From Azolla caroliniana (lineage: Eukaryota; Plantae; Polypodiophyta), in contig JBHGNT010000008.1 in NCBI GenBank assembly GCA_043228905.1, forward strand, positions 22,320,001 through 22,384,000: 64,000 bases of DNA, read 5' to 3'. Shown here piece after piece: positions 1 to 12,108 of this stretch (positions are counted from its first letter, which is position 1; each line of letters opens with the position of its first letter). The notes below the pieces were generated by a model. That model had not been told where the DNA came from, ran no database searches, and saw nothing but the letters and a program-made list of their open reading frames with translations. The position numbers and the translations under genes were made by a program.

Positions 1-153
1 TGATCAAGGCTCAAGTCCGTCTCGATCCCTTCGCTAGAGGGTGGTCGGGTGGATCGACACCCTTCTTTCTTTCTTTCTCCTCTCTTATTTATATATCTAC
101 TATTTCCTTATCATATGCTCACATTAGAATTTATCTCTAACAGTTGGTATCAA
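1..153 (+). mobile_element. 3' part of an LTR (ends ...TAACA at 142) plus tRNA-iMet PBS (145-153); element truncated by the window start
   Basis: CA terminus followed by TGGTATCAA; resembles the solo LTR at 37363-37796. Confidence 0.6.
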
Positions 154-1864
154 AACATTTTTTCTAATGTTTTCTTTGTTAATATATTTTTTGTTTTGGA
201 TGGTGATCGATCGATACTCGTTCGAGCGTGATCTAGTAACGCGTCAACAAAGGAACTTCGGTACTTCCTTTCTTTATTTTTTCTATTCTTTCTTCTCCCA
301 TTCTAATCATGTTTTAGTCGATATGTAATAATTTCTATCATCAAAATATGTTGTAGTGGTAATCGGTTGGTTGTATAAAATGTACATATGTATGCTTATG
401 AGGTCAATACCTCAATCACCATGTATTTGGTATGCAATTTGTGTCGTATACGTAAGAGGTCAATGCCTCGATTGTGTATGAGGTCAATGTCGAATACAAG
501 TGTATAATGGTCGTATTCACACTGTCTTATTGGACATACTAGGTTTTAGGCTATTTATGTAAATAGTGGAAAGGGAAGTTGCCCTAAGTCAGTCGGTAGT
601 TAAATTGACTCTTGTAACCTAGTTTTGTCGGTTGTTCATTTTGTTGTTATCATTGTAACTTGCTAAGAGAATAATACAGTTACATACTCTTGTGCCTACC
701 TTGATGTACTTCTTTTCTCTATCTTTCTTGTTGATCTTGTCTTATGATTCAGTTGTCTTGTGTTATCTATCAGTTTCTTTGTATTCTCTGAAGATCTTCA
801 TCTCAAATAGTGTTGAGTTTGTTCCGCATCCTAACGGCTGGTTCCAACATCTGGTATCAGGCTTGGCGTTTTTTATTCTACTGTTGTCCATCATCCTATT
901 CCCATCAACACCTCTCTAGAAGTCTTTGAAGAACTTTTAGTTGATTTGTTTGCTGAAACAGATTATGAGATCTCAGTCGGACTAAAATCTCTCGGCCGAC
1001 AACTTCCACAAGATCACCCTCTCTAGAGGAGAAACACCTGGAAAACTGGCACTTTGTTGAGCATAATCACACATGGAGTAGGCCACCTAGTTGTACCTCG
1101 TCCACGTGATTGTAGCTGCTTGAAGTGAGGTATTTTTCATCGGTTCAACCGTAAACCATGCTTCATTGAGTTAGACAAAAATTGGTAAAGCCTTCCGGTG
1201 TTGCCCACTCATTCGTCATAACCACTTGAAATAGATTCGATTCCAAGAACAACCCCCATTCGTGCTTCATTTGGGTAGACAACATTCAGAAAGACTAGTA
1301 AGATCTATTCCTCTCATCATTGTAGTTCCCCAAAGCAGGATCGGTTTGGAGATCAATACAATTGGCACATAATATGTGATCGGCGTCTTAAAATCGGTAG
1401 TCGGAATTGACGGGAGCTCAAGGCTCCTTATGCGCAACGCTCGGCCACAACCAAGATTCTTTTCATACACAGGAAACGGGAAACGAAAACACGCAACACA
1501 AAGGAGAGAAAAAAGGGTACACAGAATGTTTACGTGGAAAACCCAAAGAGGGAAAAACCACGGCAGCCCACAGGCTGCAAACTATCACTAAGTTGGAATG
1601 TATAAAACAGTGAGTTCACGAAGGCAACAACCTCGTGCTCACGATCTTCGCCACAGGCGGTGGTTACAACAGAGGCATCGACCTCTTTCTCTCTCTCTCT
1701 CTCTGTACACTGTTACGTGCTCTCTCTTCTTTTTGCACCAACAAGAAAATGACAACAACTCTATCTAAAAGTTTGCCCTAAGTCATATTTATACTAATAT
1801 GAATTTTCGGCTATTTACAAATGTAGCCTCGATGGGCTCTCAGAAACATATTTACGAATATGTC

Positions 1865-2250
1865 TCTTCCTCCGGTTCGCACCAGGTCTGCGTCACCCGG
1901 CTCTCCGTAGCCAGGTGCTCCTCATCCGGTTCTCACCGGTTCTGCACCATCCGGCTCTCCGTAGCCGGGTACTCCTCATCCGGTTCGCACCGGGCCTGTA
2001 CCATTCGGCTCTCCGTAGCCGGGTATTCCTCATCCGGTTCACACTGGGCCTACGCCATCCGGCTCTCCGTAGCCGGGTATTCCTCATGCGGTTCACACCG
2101 GGCTTGCGCCATCCGGCTCTCCGTCGCCGAGTACTCCTCATCCGGTTCACACCGGGCCTGCACCATCCGGCTCTCCGTAGCCGGGTACTCCTCATCCGGT
2201 TCACACCGGGCCTGCACCATCCGGCTCTCCGTAGCCGGGTACTCCTCATT
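1865..2250. repeat. 54-bp tandem array (7 units) in U3 of H 3' LTR
   Basis: Unit CCGGCTCTCCGTAGCCGGGTACTCCTCATCCGGTTCACACCGGGCCTGCACCAT; 18-aa periodicity in the ORF track. Confidence 0.95.
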
Positions 2251-2337
2251 CGGTTTCGGCCTCGGCCGAGGTTGTTCATCGGCATTGTTCTTCTCCCTTC
2301 CCATCCGGAGGGACATGTCTCCCAACAAACTCCCCCT

Positions 2338-5300
2338 TCACTCTGACATGGGGTGTCTTACCAGTCCGATCCTCTTCCGGCATGCGTCCAGCTTGTCGGG
2401 TGTAAGCACTTTGGTCAGCATATCTGACCCGTTCTCGGCCGTGTGGATCTTCGTCAGTGTGAACTCCTGGTCATCTACTCTTTCTCGGATCCAGTGATAC
2501 CTCCGTTGGATATGCTTCGTCTGGGAATTGTAGGCCGCATTCTTAGCAAGGTGGATGGCACTTTGACTGTCGCAATAGAGTCAGTATTCCTCTTGCCGGA
2601 TACCGAGCTCTCCGATGAAGTCCTTCATCCATAATATTTCCTTGCCGGCTTCCACCGCTGCCATGTACTCCGCCTCCGTGGTTGACAATGCAACCGTCTT
2701 CTGCAGCCTCGACTGCCACGAAACAGCTCCCCCTGCATATGTCATTACATACCCGGATGTAGACCGGCTGGTATCCACATCAGCCGACATGTCCGAATCG
2801 GTGAAACCGTCCAGTTGAGGTTTTCCGGAGCCGAATCAGAGGCACATATTTGAAGTGCCCTTCAAATACCGGAGTATCCATTTGACCGCGTTCCAGTGCT
2901 CCTTGCCGGGATTGCTCATAAACCGGCTCACCACTCCGACTGCGTATCCTATATCTGGTCGGGTACACACCATTGCGTACATCAAGCTCCCGACAGCAGA
3001 GGCATATGGAATCTTCATCATATCCGCCTTCTCAGCTTTCGTCTTCGGGCTTTGCTTACCGGATAGCCTGTAGTTTGCTGGAAGTGTCGATCTGACCGGT
3101 TTCGCTTCTGATATGTTGAACCGGTGAAGCACCTTTGTCACGTACTTCTCCTGTGGCAACCATAATTGCTTCTTTGACCGGTCCCGAATGATGTGCATCC
3201 CCAGCATCTGTCTTGCCGGACCCAAGTCTTTCATTGAGAAGGTCTGGTTGAGAGCCTTCTTCAGCATCCGTATTTTGAATTGGTCACGTCCGACGATCAA
3301 CATGTCATCCACGTACAGAAGGAGTATCAGGAAGTCTCCTCCTTCGAACTTCTTCACAAACACGAAGTGATCGGCTTGCGTCTTGTGGTACCCTTGATCG
3401 GTCATGAAGGAGTCGAACTTCCGGTACCATTGTCGGGGAGCCTGCTTTAGTCCGTACAGGCTCTTCTTCAACCGGAATACCAGGTGCTCCTTCCCTTTCT
3501 CCACGAAACCTTCCGGTTGCTGCATGTAGATCTCCTCTTCGAGGTCGCTGTGAAGGAATGCCGTCTTCATGTCCAGCTGCTCTACCTCGAGGTCCATGCT
3601 TGCTGCTATACTTAGCACCGTCCGGATGGAGGTCATCTTTACTATCGGGGCAAATATCTTGTCGAAGTCCACGCCCTTCTTCTGTTGGAACCCCTTCACC
3701 ACGATATTGGCTTTGTATCTCGGGGGGTTGCCGGCATCTCCCGGTTTCAACTTGTACACCCACTTGTTTCGAAGTGCCCGCTTTCCTTTCGGTAACTCCA
3801 CCAATTCATACGTATGGTTCTCATGCAGGGAATCCATCTCCTCCTACATGGCACTTAACCATTTTCGGCTGTGGGTGTCTTCCTTCGCTTCTTCGAAGCT
3901 TTCCGGCTCCCCCTCATCGGTCAGCAGAACATGCTCTGCATCCGGAAATCTCCGGGGGGTCCTTCTCTCTCTGAGAGGATATCTCCGTCTTTGGGCTTCG
4001 GTGACCGACTCATCCATCTGCTCTTCATCCGAATCCGATTCGGGGTCTTGGCCGGTTCCGGTCTCAGCTTCCTCTACTTCTTCTTCTACCGGTTCGGTAT
4101 CCTCACCGTATCCGGCTGGTTCTTCGAGTGCTAACCGGTCTCTCGCCGGTTGGGTCTGCTCATCGTAGAGTCGATCCTTACCGGTCGACTCGGAGTTCAT
4201 TATCTTCTTCTCCGACTCCCAGTCGGCGAGCGTCTTGTCCTCCATGAAGATAATATCTCGACTCCGGAATACCTTCTTGTAGACCGGGTCCCACACTCGG
4301 TAGCCGAACTCATCGTCACCGTAACCGAGGAATATGCATGGCCGGGTCTTTGGATCTAACTTTCCTCTCCGGTCCTTAGCTACATGCACGTACACGAGAC
4401 ACCCGAACACCTTCAGATGCCGGTAGGATACTTCCTTACCGGTCCACACTCTCTGTGGCGTGTCTCCGTCCAAGGGTACTGAGGGTGATCTGTTGATCAC
4501 GTATGCTGCCGTCGACAGTGCCTCAGCCCAAAACTTCTTGGGTAGTTTTGCATGCGCTAGCATACTCCGGACCCTCTCCATTATGGTCCGGTTCATCCTC
4601 TCGGCCAGTCCGTTTAGTTCCGGCGTCTTCGGCACGGTAAATTCGAGCCGGATTCCCTTCGAGCGGCAGTACTCCTCGAACTGTCCTCGGTATTCTCCTC
4701 CGTTATCTGCTCGAACCGCCTTCAGCTTCCGGCCGGTTTCTCTTTCCACTCTCGCGTGGAGCTCTTTGAAGACGGATAACACCTGATCCTTCGTCTTCAA
4801 CGGTGTGGCCCACAGCTTCCGGTTGTGGTCATCTATGAACGTCACGAAGTACTGCGCTCCGACATGTGACTTCGTGTCTACTTGACACACATCCGTATGC
4901 ACCAGCTCCAGTGGTGCATTACGTCTCATCGGTGGCCTTGGTCGGAAGGAGGTCCGGTTCTGCTTACTGGCCAGACAATCAGTGCATTTCTCTAGGTGCA
5001 CGTTCTTCACTGGAATGAGGTTGTCGTCTGCAAGCCTCTTCATCCCCTTCTCGCTCATGTGACACAGCCTCTTGTGTCACAACTCACCGGTAATGTCGGA
5101 TGCTACGTTCACTTCTTCCGGGCATAACCGGGCATTCATCAGGTACAACGTGTTTACCTTCCGGGCCCGAGCCACAATCAGGCTCCCTTTGCTGAACTTC
5201 ATGACGCTGTTCCGGATGCTACCCGTGTAGCCCTCATCATCTAGCCGACCGGCTGATATTAGGTTCAGTCGAACCTCCGGAACGTGTCAAACATCCCTCA

Positions 5301-6384
5301 GCAGCAACTTGCATCCGGTTGGTGTCGACAGCCACACGTCTCCTATCTTGACAATTCGACATGTACCTTCATTCCCCATCCGGACACAACCGTGATCACC
5401 GGCTGAGTAGGATGAGAAGTATTTCCGGTCCGGGGTAAGGTGGAACGACGCTCCGGAGTCTACCACCCAGGTCATCTCGTCGCCGGCAAGGTTTATCTCA
5501 CATTCCTCGGTGATGAGCATCAACTCTTCTTCACTTGCCGCGATTGCCGTCGTCCCCTTCTGGTCCGGCCCCCTCCGGTCTTTACCGTTCCGGTCCGGGG
5601 TCCGCTTCAAATCGGTACCATCGGTCTCCTTATCTTTTCGGAAATGCCGACAGTTCTTTTGGAAGTGTCCCGGCTTGCCGCAATAGAAGCAAGTGGGCCT
5701 CCCCCTTGACTTTGACCGTGTCCCCGACTTTTCCCGGTTCTGGGGACTACAGTTTCTTTGTCTTCCGTGTTCTGATTTGGTAAGGAGCGCTTTGGAGTCG
5801 GAGCTCGTATCTTTATCTTTCCGACATGCCTCCTCATCTAGCAAGCTCGACTTTACTCTTGCTAGGGATAACCGTTTTCCTTCCGGCCCGGCGTTGCCCA
5901 AAGTGACAACCAACGTCTCCCAGCTATCCGGGAGGGAACCGAGCAGGAGTAGCGCTAGTACCTCATCGGCGAGAGGTACTTCCAATGAAGTTGCCTGGTG
6001 GATCAGCCCCCGGAAGGCATTCATGTGCTCCGCCATACTGGAGCCATCTTGGTACCGGAGTCTTACTAGCTTCCGGAATACCGACACCTGATTAACAACA
6101 TTTTTGTTCTGAAACATTATGCCAATCTTCTTCCAGAGCTCATGAGCCTTGCTCTCTTCATTGAAGTTGTTGTACAGGCTCATGTCGATGAAGCACCGTA
6201 TGTACGCCGTTGTCTTCATGTGCATCACCTCCCATATCGCGGCGTCGATTTTGTCCGGCCTCTTGTCCCCGAACTGAACCGGCAACCAGAGGTCTTTAAC
6301 CACGAGCATGTCCCTCATCTTCGACTTCCACACTGAATAGTTGGAGCCGGTGAGCTTGAACATGCCGCCAAACGAATCGTCCAT
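2338..6384 (-). pseudogene. Copia H gag-pol polyprotein, single frame interrupted by five nonsense codons
   Basis: ORF pieces 5287-6426, 3844-5058, 2836-3837 and 2581-2790 share one frame; CCHC knuckle, VVDSGAS protease, integrase DDE, YVDD RT and RNase H motifs. Confidence 0.93.
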
Positions 6385-6867
6385 TTTCTGTGTCGCTCGC
6401 TCTGATACCACTTGACGGGAGCTCAAGGCTCCTTATGCGCAACGCTCGGCCACAACCGAGATTCTTTTCATACACAGGAAACGGGAAACGAAAACACGTG
6501 ACACAAAGGAGAGAAAAAAGGGTACACAGAATGTTTACGTGGAAAACCCAAAGAGGGAAAAACCACGGCAGCCCACAGGCTGCAAACTATCACTAAGTTG
6601 GAATGTATAAAACAGTGAGTTCACGAAGGCAACAACCTCGTGCTCACGATCTTCGCCACAGGCGGCGGTTACGACAGAGGCAACGACCTCTTTCTCTCTC
6701 TCTCTCTGTACACTGTTACGTGCTCTCTCTTCTTTTTGCACCAACAAGAAAATGACAACAACTCTATCTAAAAGTTTGCCCTAAGTCATATTTATACTAA
6801 TATGACTTTTCGGCTATTTACAAATGTAGCCTCGATGGGCTCTCAGAAACATATTTACGAATATGTC

Positions 6868-7305
6868 TCTTCCTCCGGTTCGCACCGGGTCTGCGTCATC
6901 CGGCTCTCCGTAGCCAGGTGCTCCTCATTCGGTTCTCACCGGTTCTGCACCATCCGGCTCTCCATAGCCGGGTACTCCTCATCCGGTTCGCACCGAGCCT
7001 ACACCATCCGGCTCTTCGTAGCCAGGTATTCCTCATCCGGTTCACACCGGGCCTGCGCCATCCGGCTCTCTGTAGCCGGGTATTCCTCATCCGGTTCACA
7101 CCGGGCCTGGGCCATCCGGCTCTCCGTAGCCGGGTACTCCTCATCCGGTTCACACCGGGCCTGCACCATCCGGCTCTCCGTAGCCGGGTACTCCTCATGC
7201 GGTTCACACCAGGCCTGCACCATCCGGCTCTCCGTAGCCGGGTACTCCTCATTCGGTTCACACCGGGCCTACACCATCCGGCTCTCCGTAGCCGGGTACT
7301 CATCC
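6868..7305. repeat. 54-bp tandem array (8 units) in U3 of H 5' LTR
   Basis: Same unit as above, with one extra copy. Confidence 0.95.
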
Positions 7306-9104
7306 GGTTTCGACCTCGGCCGAGGTTGTTCGTCGGCACTGTTCTTCTCCCTTCCTATCCGGAGGGACCTGTCTCCCAACAGGAATAGGACTGGTAGTTA
7401 ATTGTGCTCAGTTCGGCTAGGTGATATTTGAGAAGACCAATCGCCTCTATCCCTTGACTCACCGTAGCCATTGCGAGCAAGTTTAGTACCCAATTGCCAT
7501 CTTAAATCCAATCGACTAATCAGTCGGCTAATTCAAGTCCAATTCAACTAGAACGATCAATTGTAGTCACTTTGGATCGAACACGCTGAAAGTCGAATCC
7601 AATTCAGCTCGTGTTCAAACTTGGCTAGAACGAATTCGGGTGAGCCAGCTGGTTGCACCCAACCACTGTTCGTAGCCAACTCCGAAAAGAGCCTCTCAAA
7701 GCAACGTAGATGAGCATTCGGCTCATCATAGATGAGTCTAAGGAAGTTAGATGGATCGAACTTCAATTTATGGAAGGAGTTAATGCAGGACTATCTAAGA
7801 GTCAATGATTAGATTGACCCAATCGAAAAAGAAAATGCCCCAGAAGGATGTAAGCCGAATGAGTGGGCAAAGCTAGACATCATTATCTGTGCCACCATTC
7901 GAATACACTTGTTGGAGTTAGTGTACTCCTCAATGCAATCATTTTCAATTGCGTTCCAATTATGGAAGACGCTCTTGGACACTTACGAAAAGAAGGTCGC
8001 CACAACAAAGGTATACCTAATCCGACGTCTCTACAACCTTTAGATGAAAGAATCCGACTCGGTTCGGGCACACCTCAACGAGTACGAAAGCTTAAGCTCT
8101 CAAATCTCGGCTCAGGGGATGACAATCGAAGACGAATTGGAAGCAATGTTGCTCATCAATAGTCTCCCCCCTTCTTTAGAAACATTCATTGTTTACTCTG
8201 GCTGGACTTAGCCTCAAACACAAGGTGTCATTTCCGGAACACTTCACCAAAGGGGTGGATGTTATCCGGCTATTCGATTTTGAGGTTTTATCCAATTCTT
8301 CGATTGTGTGAGTACAACGAACTGCTGCACTAGCTCCAACATTAGTTCTTTTTCCTCCCCGAGCCTAGGTGTAACCAACTTGTCTTGTTCCGGTGTCCAT
8401 TTTGGTTGGCGTTCCTCTTGCTGTTGATGCGTTTGAAGACCCAGTGATATATATCTTTCTTTCTCTAGTTCTTGCTAAATTGTCTTCACTACTTCTGGTC
8501 TTTCTACTGGCTCTTCCTGTTACCCGTAGGAGTTGTACGGGGCGGTATAAGGGTAAAACATGTTAAAGGGGGTTGTTCGATATGTGTAAGGTATATGAGT
8601 GTGAGGATGAGTATGTGTGAGCACATGCACAATTATGTGCATGTGACAAGAATGTAATGGTCTCTTTTTGTAACGGGCATATTATTTACCATTACATTAT
8701 GTATTATATAAACCCCTTATGGGGCATGTAATGAGATATAGTTTTTTCCCCTCTCATTTGGTGTCATTTCCTATTTGTCTTTCTTTCTAGCTCTCTCTCT
8801 ATTGTAACCCCCTTGGGAGGGGGGTGAAGCCATTCTAGGCTTCACCCCCCACTCCAACAACACTTTTGGCACGCTCGGTGGGATAGTGCCATGGCACGTC
8901 AGACCCATCCCTCTACTCATCGTTCAAAATGTCCATCATTTGGTGTCATTTCCTATTTTTCTTTCTTTCTAGTTCTCTCCCTATTGTAACCCCACCCTAA
9001 CAACACTTTTGGCATGCCCGGGTGGGACAGTGCCATGGCACGTCAGACTCGTCCCTTTGCTCATCGTCCAAAATGTCCATGATGTTCGGCTTCGTTCGTA
9101 TGAC

Positions 9105-10390
9105 CTAGTCCAGAAACGGTGTGGCGTCCATAGGTGCTTCTTTGTTCTGCTCGACTGGCTCCTTCAATTGTGTGTCGTCCACTTCACCACGTTCGGCCGG
9201 TGTGTGAGGTACCATGTTGTGATTTGTACTCTGTGTGATCACAGCCGGCTCCGTTGGTTCGATGTCTGGATCATTCCTCCAAGGTTCTAGTGTGGGCTCT
9301 TTAGTCAGTGGGAAAGCAGTCGGATGAGGCTCTTCCTTGTCCGTTTGTTCCGTAGCGTTGACATGCGTAGTGGTCACCTCTGGAAGGTTGTTGAAATTGG
9401 GATGAGGCTCATCTTGTTCGGCGGATTCACTATCTGGTACCGCAATTGTCTCCATCCTCTGTTGTTCACTGCTGACCTCCATTAGTCGGCGGAAAATGTC
9501 TTCCTGATTTTCCTCGAAATCTTCCAACAACTGCGTGAGTGTTTCAGAGTGCTGGTCCTCTAGCGTGCAATAGTCCTACGCAAGGGCTTCGTGTATTGCT
9601 GCAATGCTTTCCTCATTGAGCTTGTAGAAGCCTTTGCCTTCTTTTCGTCGGTTCCCCCAATCCGCCCGGTAGGTGTGCAATTCTGCTGCTTGCGTTGCCC
9701 ACGCCGTCCATCCTTTGTCCAATGCCACTTTCAACTGTGCCATAAACCGCTCACAATTTGTTTGAAGAAGGACACGTACATTGTCCCTTATTGTTTGGGA
9801 GCGGGTGTGCGCTTCGTCCAGGGCTTTCTTGAGGTTTTTGATTTTATGCTTATTGGTCGTAGCCGTTTCCTCATAGAGGCTCTTCATCTTCGTCCATATC
9901 TGGGATTCTTTCAAGTGTAGTTCCTCGAGTTGGCCCATTTCATTGTTCAGGCGGACTTCTACCTGATGCTTCAGTTCCTGTTCCCGCACGAGCTGCTCGT
10001 CGTACCATGCTTTCTTCCTTTCCAATAACTCTCGGAGTCCCGTGATAACGGCTTCTGTCTTTTGGGCTTTCTCACGCAACTTCCTATTTTCTTCTTTTCT
10101 ACGGGTATGCGTTGTTGTCTCTACCTTGAGCTTATCCTCCAGTGGTTTCACTGCCCTTCGTCCTTTTGCCCAGACATCCTTTTCTCTGTCTATGATTGGC
10201 GCAGTTCTGCGCGGAGGCAGTCAATCTCAGACTTGGCTAACTACGTATTGCTTTTTGCTTTTGCGGCGATGGCGGTTTGTGCTTCGACCTCCTCCTGTAA
10301 AGTCGTCGATGCGTCATCGTTGGATGCTAGTCTGGGGTTTTGTTGTGTCGTAGTTGCGCTTCGTTCTAATTTCGCAATGCGCTCTTGGGC
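9105..10390 (-). pseudogene. Degenerate antisense ORF encoding a coiled-coil/acidic protein inside element A
   Basis: ORFs 9576-10151 and 9105-9530 are in the same frame, separated by one TAG; E/K/R/L-rich helical composition. Confidence 0.6.
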
Positions 10391-12108
10391 CATCTCCGAG
10401 TTTGTTTGGAGCATTGTCGTACGTTACGCGTCAACCGTAATCCGGCCAAATGTGCATTCGGCGTCACTAGTGGGGCACTTCTCGGACACATCGTAAGCAA
10501 GGAAGGGATAGCGGTGGATCTGAACAAAATCAAGGTGATCATTGAAGCAAAGACTCCGACTAATGCCAAAGCCCTCAGCCGCTTCCTAGGTCAAATACGC
10601 TGGCATAGCCGCATGTTACGGTACTTGGCGGATTTTGTGACCTCATTACACGCCACCGTACATTGAATGCCCTTCAAGTGGACGACAATAGTAGAGAAAG
10701 CTTACGACGCACTCAAGATAATGTTAACCCAAGCACCGGTCATACAACCACACGATTGGACTAAACCGTTTCACGTCTTTGTGGATGCCTCAGATATAGC
10801 AATAGGCAGCGCATTAATGCAACTCACAGAGCCGAGTTGGTACAGACCGGTCTATTACGCCAATCATAAACTATCAACTACCGAGAGGAACTACTCCACA
10901 ACAGAGTGTGAAGCCTTGGGGATGATATATAGCATCAACAAATTCCGGCATTATCTGCTAGGGCGCAGATTTACGTTTCATGTCGATCACGCGGCGTTAC
11001 TGTATCTAGTTGAGAAACAAGCACTGACAGGGAAGTTGGCCAGATGAATGTTGTTGCTCCAGGAGTTCGATTTCGCAATTCAGCATCGGCCGGGCACGAA
11101 GCATGTCGTAGCTGATTTCTTAAGCAGAGTGGATAATGGCGATAATGAGGTGAGGGATGATGACAACTTTCCTAACGCTGATATTCTGAGGATCGCGACT
11201 ATGGCATCACAGGCAGAGACGAAATTTCCGAATTGTTGGTTGGTGGAAATGATGTACTTTTTGACCATGGGACTACTACCTCCGCAACTAAGGACGGATG
11301 AAAAGAAACGCCTGGCTATCCGCAGTCGTAACTTTTCCCTGGTCAAAGGAGTACTTTACCACAAGGGCAACAATAGGATCTGGCGACGCGGTATACGCCA
11401 GGATGAAAAGGAAGCTGTTCTGCGTGAAGCTCATTGCCGTACAGCTGGGGGACATTACGCGGGCGATGTTATGACCCGAAAAATATGGCAAGTAGGTCTA
11501 TGGTGGCCAACTACGCAGAAAGATGCTTATCAATACTATAGGCAATGTGATCTATGTCAACGGTTGGGGCAACCTATGGAGCTCGCACGGATGCCACACC
11601 AACCGGTTCTTCCGTTGGATCCATTCCGGAAATGGGGTCTAGATTTTGTCGGTCCCTTTACGCCGGCAGCGGCGCGGACTAGCAATAAGTACATTCTCGT
11701 AGCCACGGATTACTACACTAAGTGGGTAGAAGCAAAAGCGTTATGGGATAATACAGCGACATCCATGGCAAAATTTCTTTACGAATACATTTGGTGTCGG
11801 TTTGGTTGCCCAATTGAGCTCACTAGTGATCAAGGGAGCCAGTTTCTGAATTCGGTCATCTACAAGCTAACACACCATTACGCCATAGTGAATAAGAAGA
11901 GCACGCCATATTACCCGCAGGAGAATGGGTTAGCAGAGTCCACGGACAAGACCTTATAGACCATAATGAAAAAGATCATGAATGAGAATAGAACAAACTA
12001 GGATACCAAGCTGCACAGCGCCTTGTGGGCATATCGGACGAGTTACAAAACTATCGTACAGTCCACACCTTTCCGGCTACGTTTGGGTTAGAAACCGTAA
12101 TGCCCATC
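10385..12108 (+). pseudogene. Gypsy A pol fragment (RT C-terminus, RNase H, integrase N-terminus and core)
   Basis: FHVFVDASD, ERNYSTTE, GGHYAG...GLWWPT, WGLDFVGP, SDQG and NGLAE motifs; in-frame stops. Confidence 0.92.

Larger units (their letters stand above)
1408..7381 (-). mobile_element. Full-length Ty1/copia element H: 5' LTR 6413-7381, 3' LTR 1408-2327, PBS(iMet) 6399-6410, PPT ~2328-2340, TSD GGAAT
   Basis: Near-identical LTRs with TG...CA ends; GGAAT at 1403-1407 and 7382-7386; Gag-PR-IN-RT-RH domain order. Confidence 0.97.
488..8190 (+). mobile_element. Decayed Ty1/copia element I (family of element C): 5' LTR 488-849, PBS 852-860, gag remnant ~7732-8190; interrupted by element H; 3' end not found
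   Basis: LTR starts TGTCGAATAC like element C's LTR and ends CAACA; TGGTATCAG PBS; 7732 onward translates MSLRKLDGSNFNLWKELMQDYL, matching C gag MSLRKFDGSNFNFWKEQMQDYL. Confidence 0.75.

Noticed and set aside
1865-2250. CRISPR-like array (also considered 42175-42306 and 27340-27675)
   Set aside because: Contiguous tandem units without unique spacers, inside eukaryotic LTR elements, and no cas genes.
1799-2497. 232-aa and overlapping repeat-protein ORFs (also 6802-7401)
   Set aside because: By-products of a 54-bp stop-poor LTR array that is open in several frames; no evidence of coding.
2581-5289. Stops repaired by U-to-C RNA editing
   Set aside because: Such editing is organellar, and the TGG>TGA stop at 5077 could not be restored to Trp; deamination explains the pattern.
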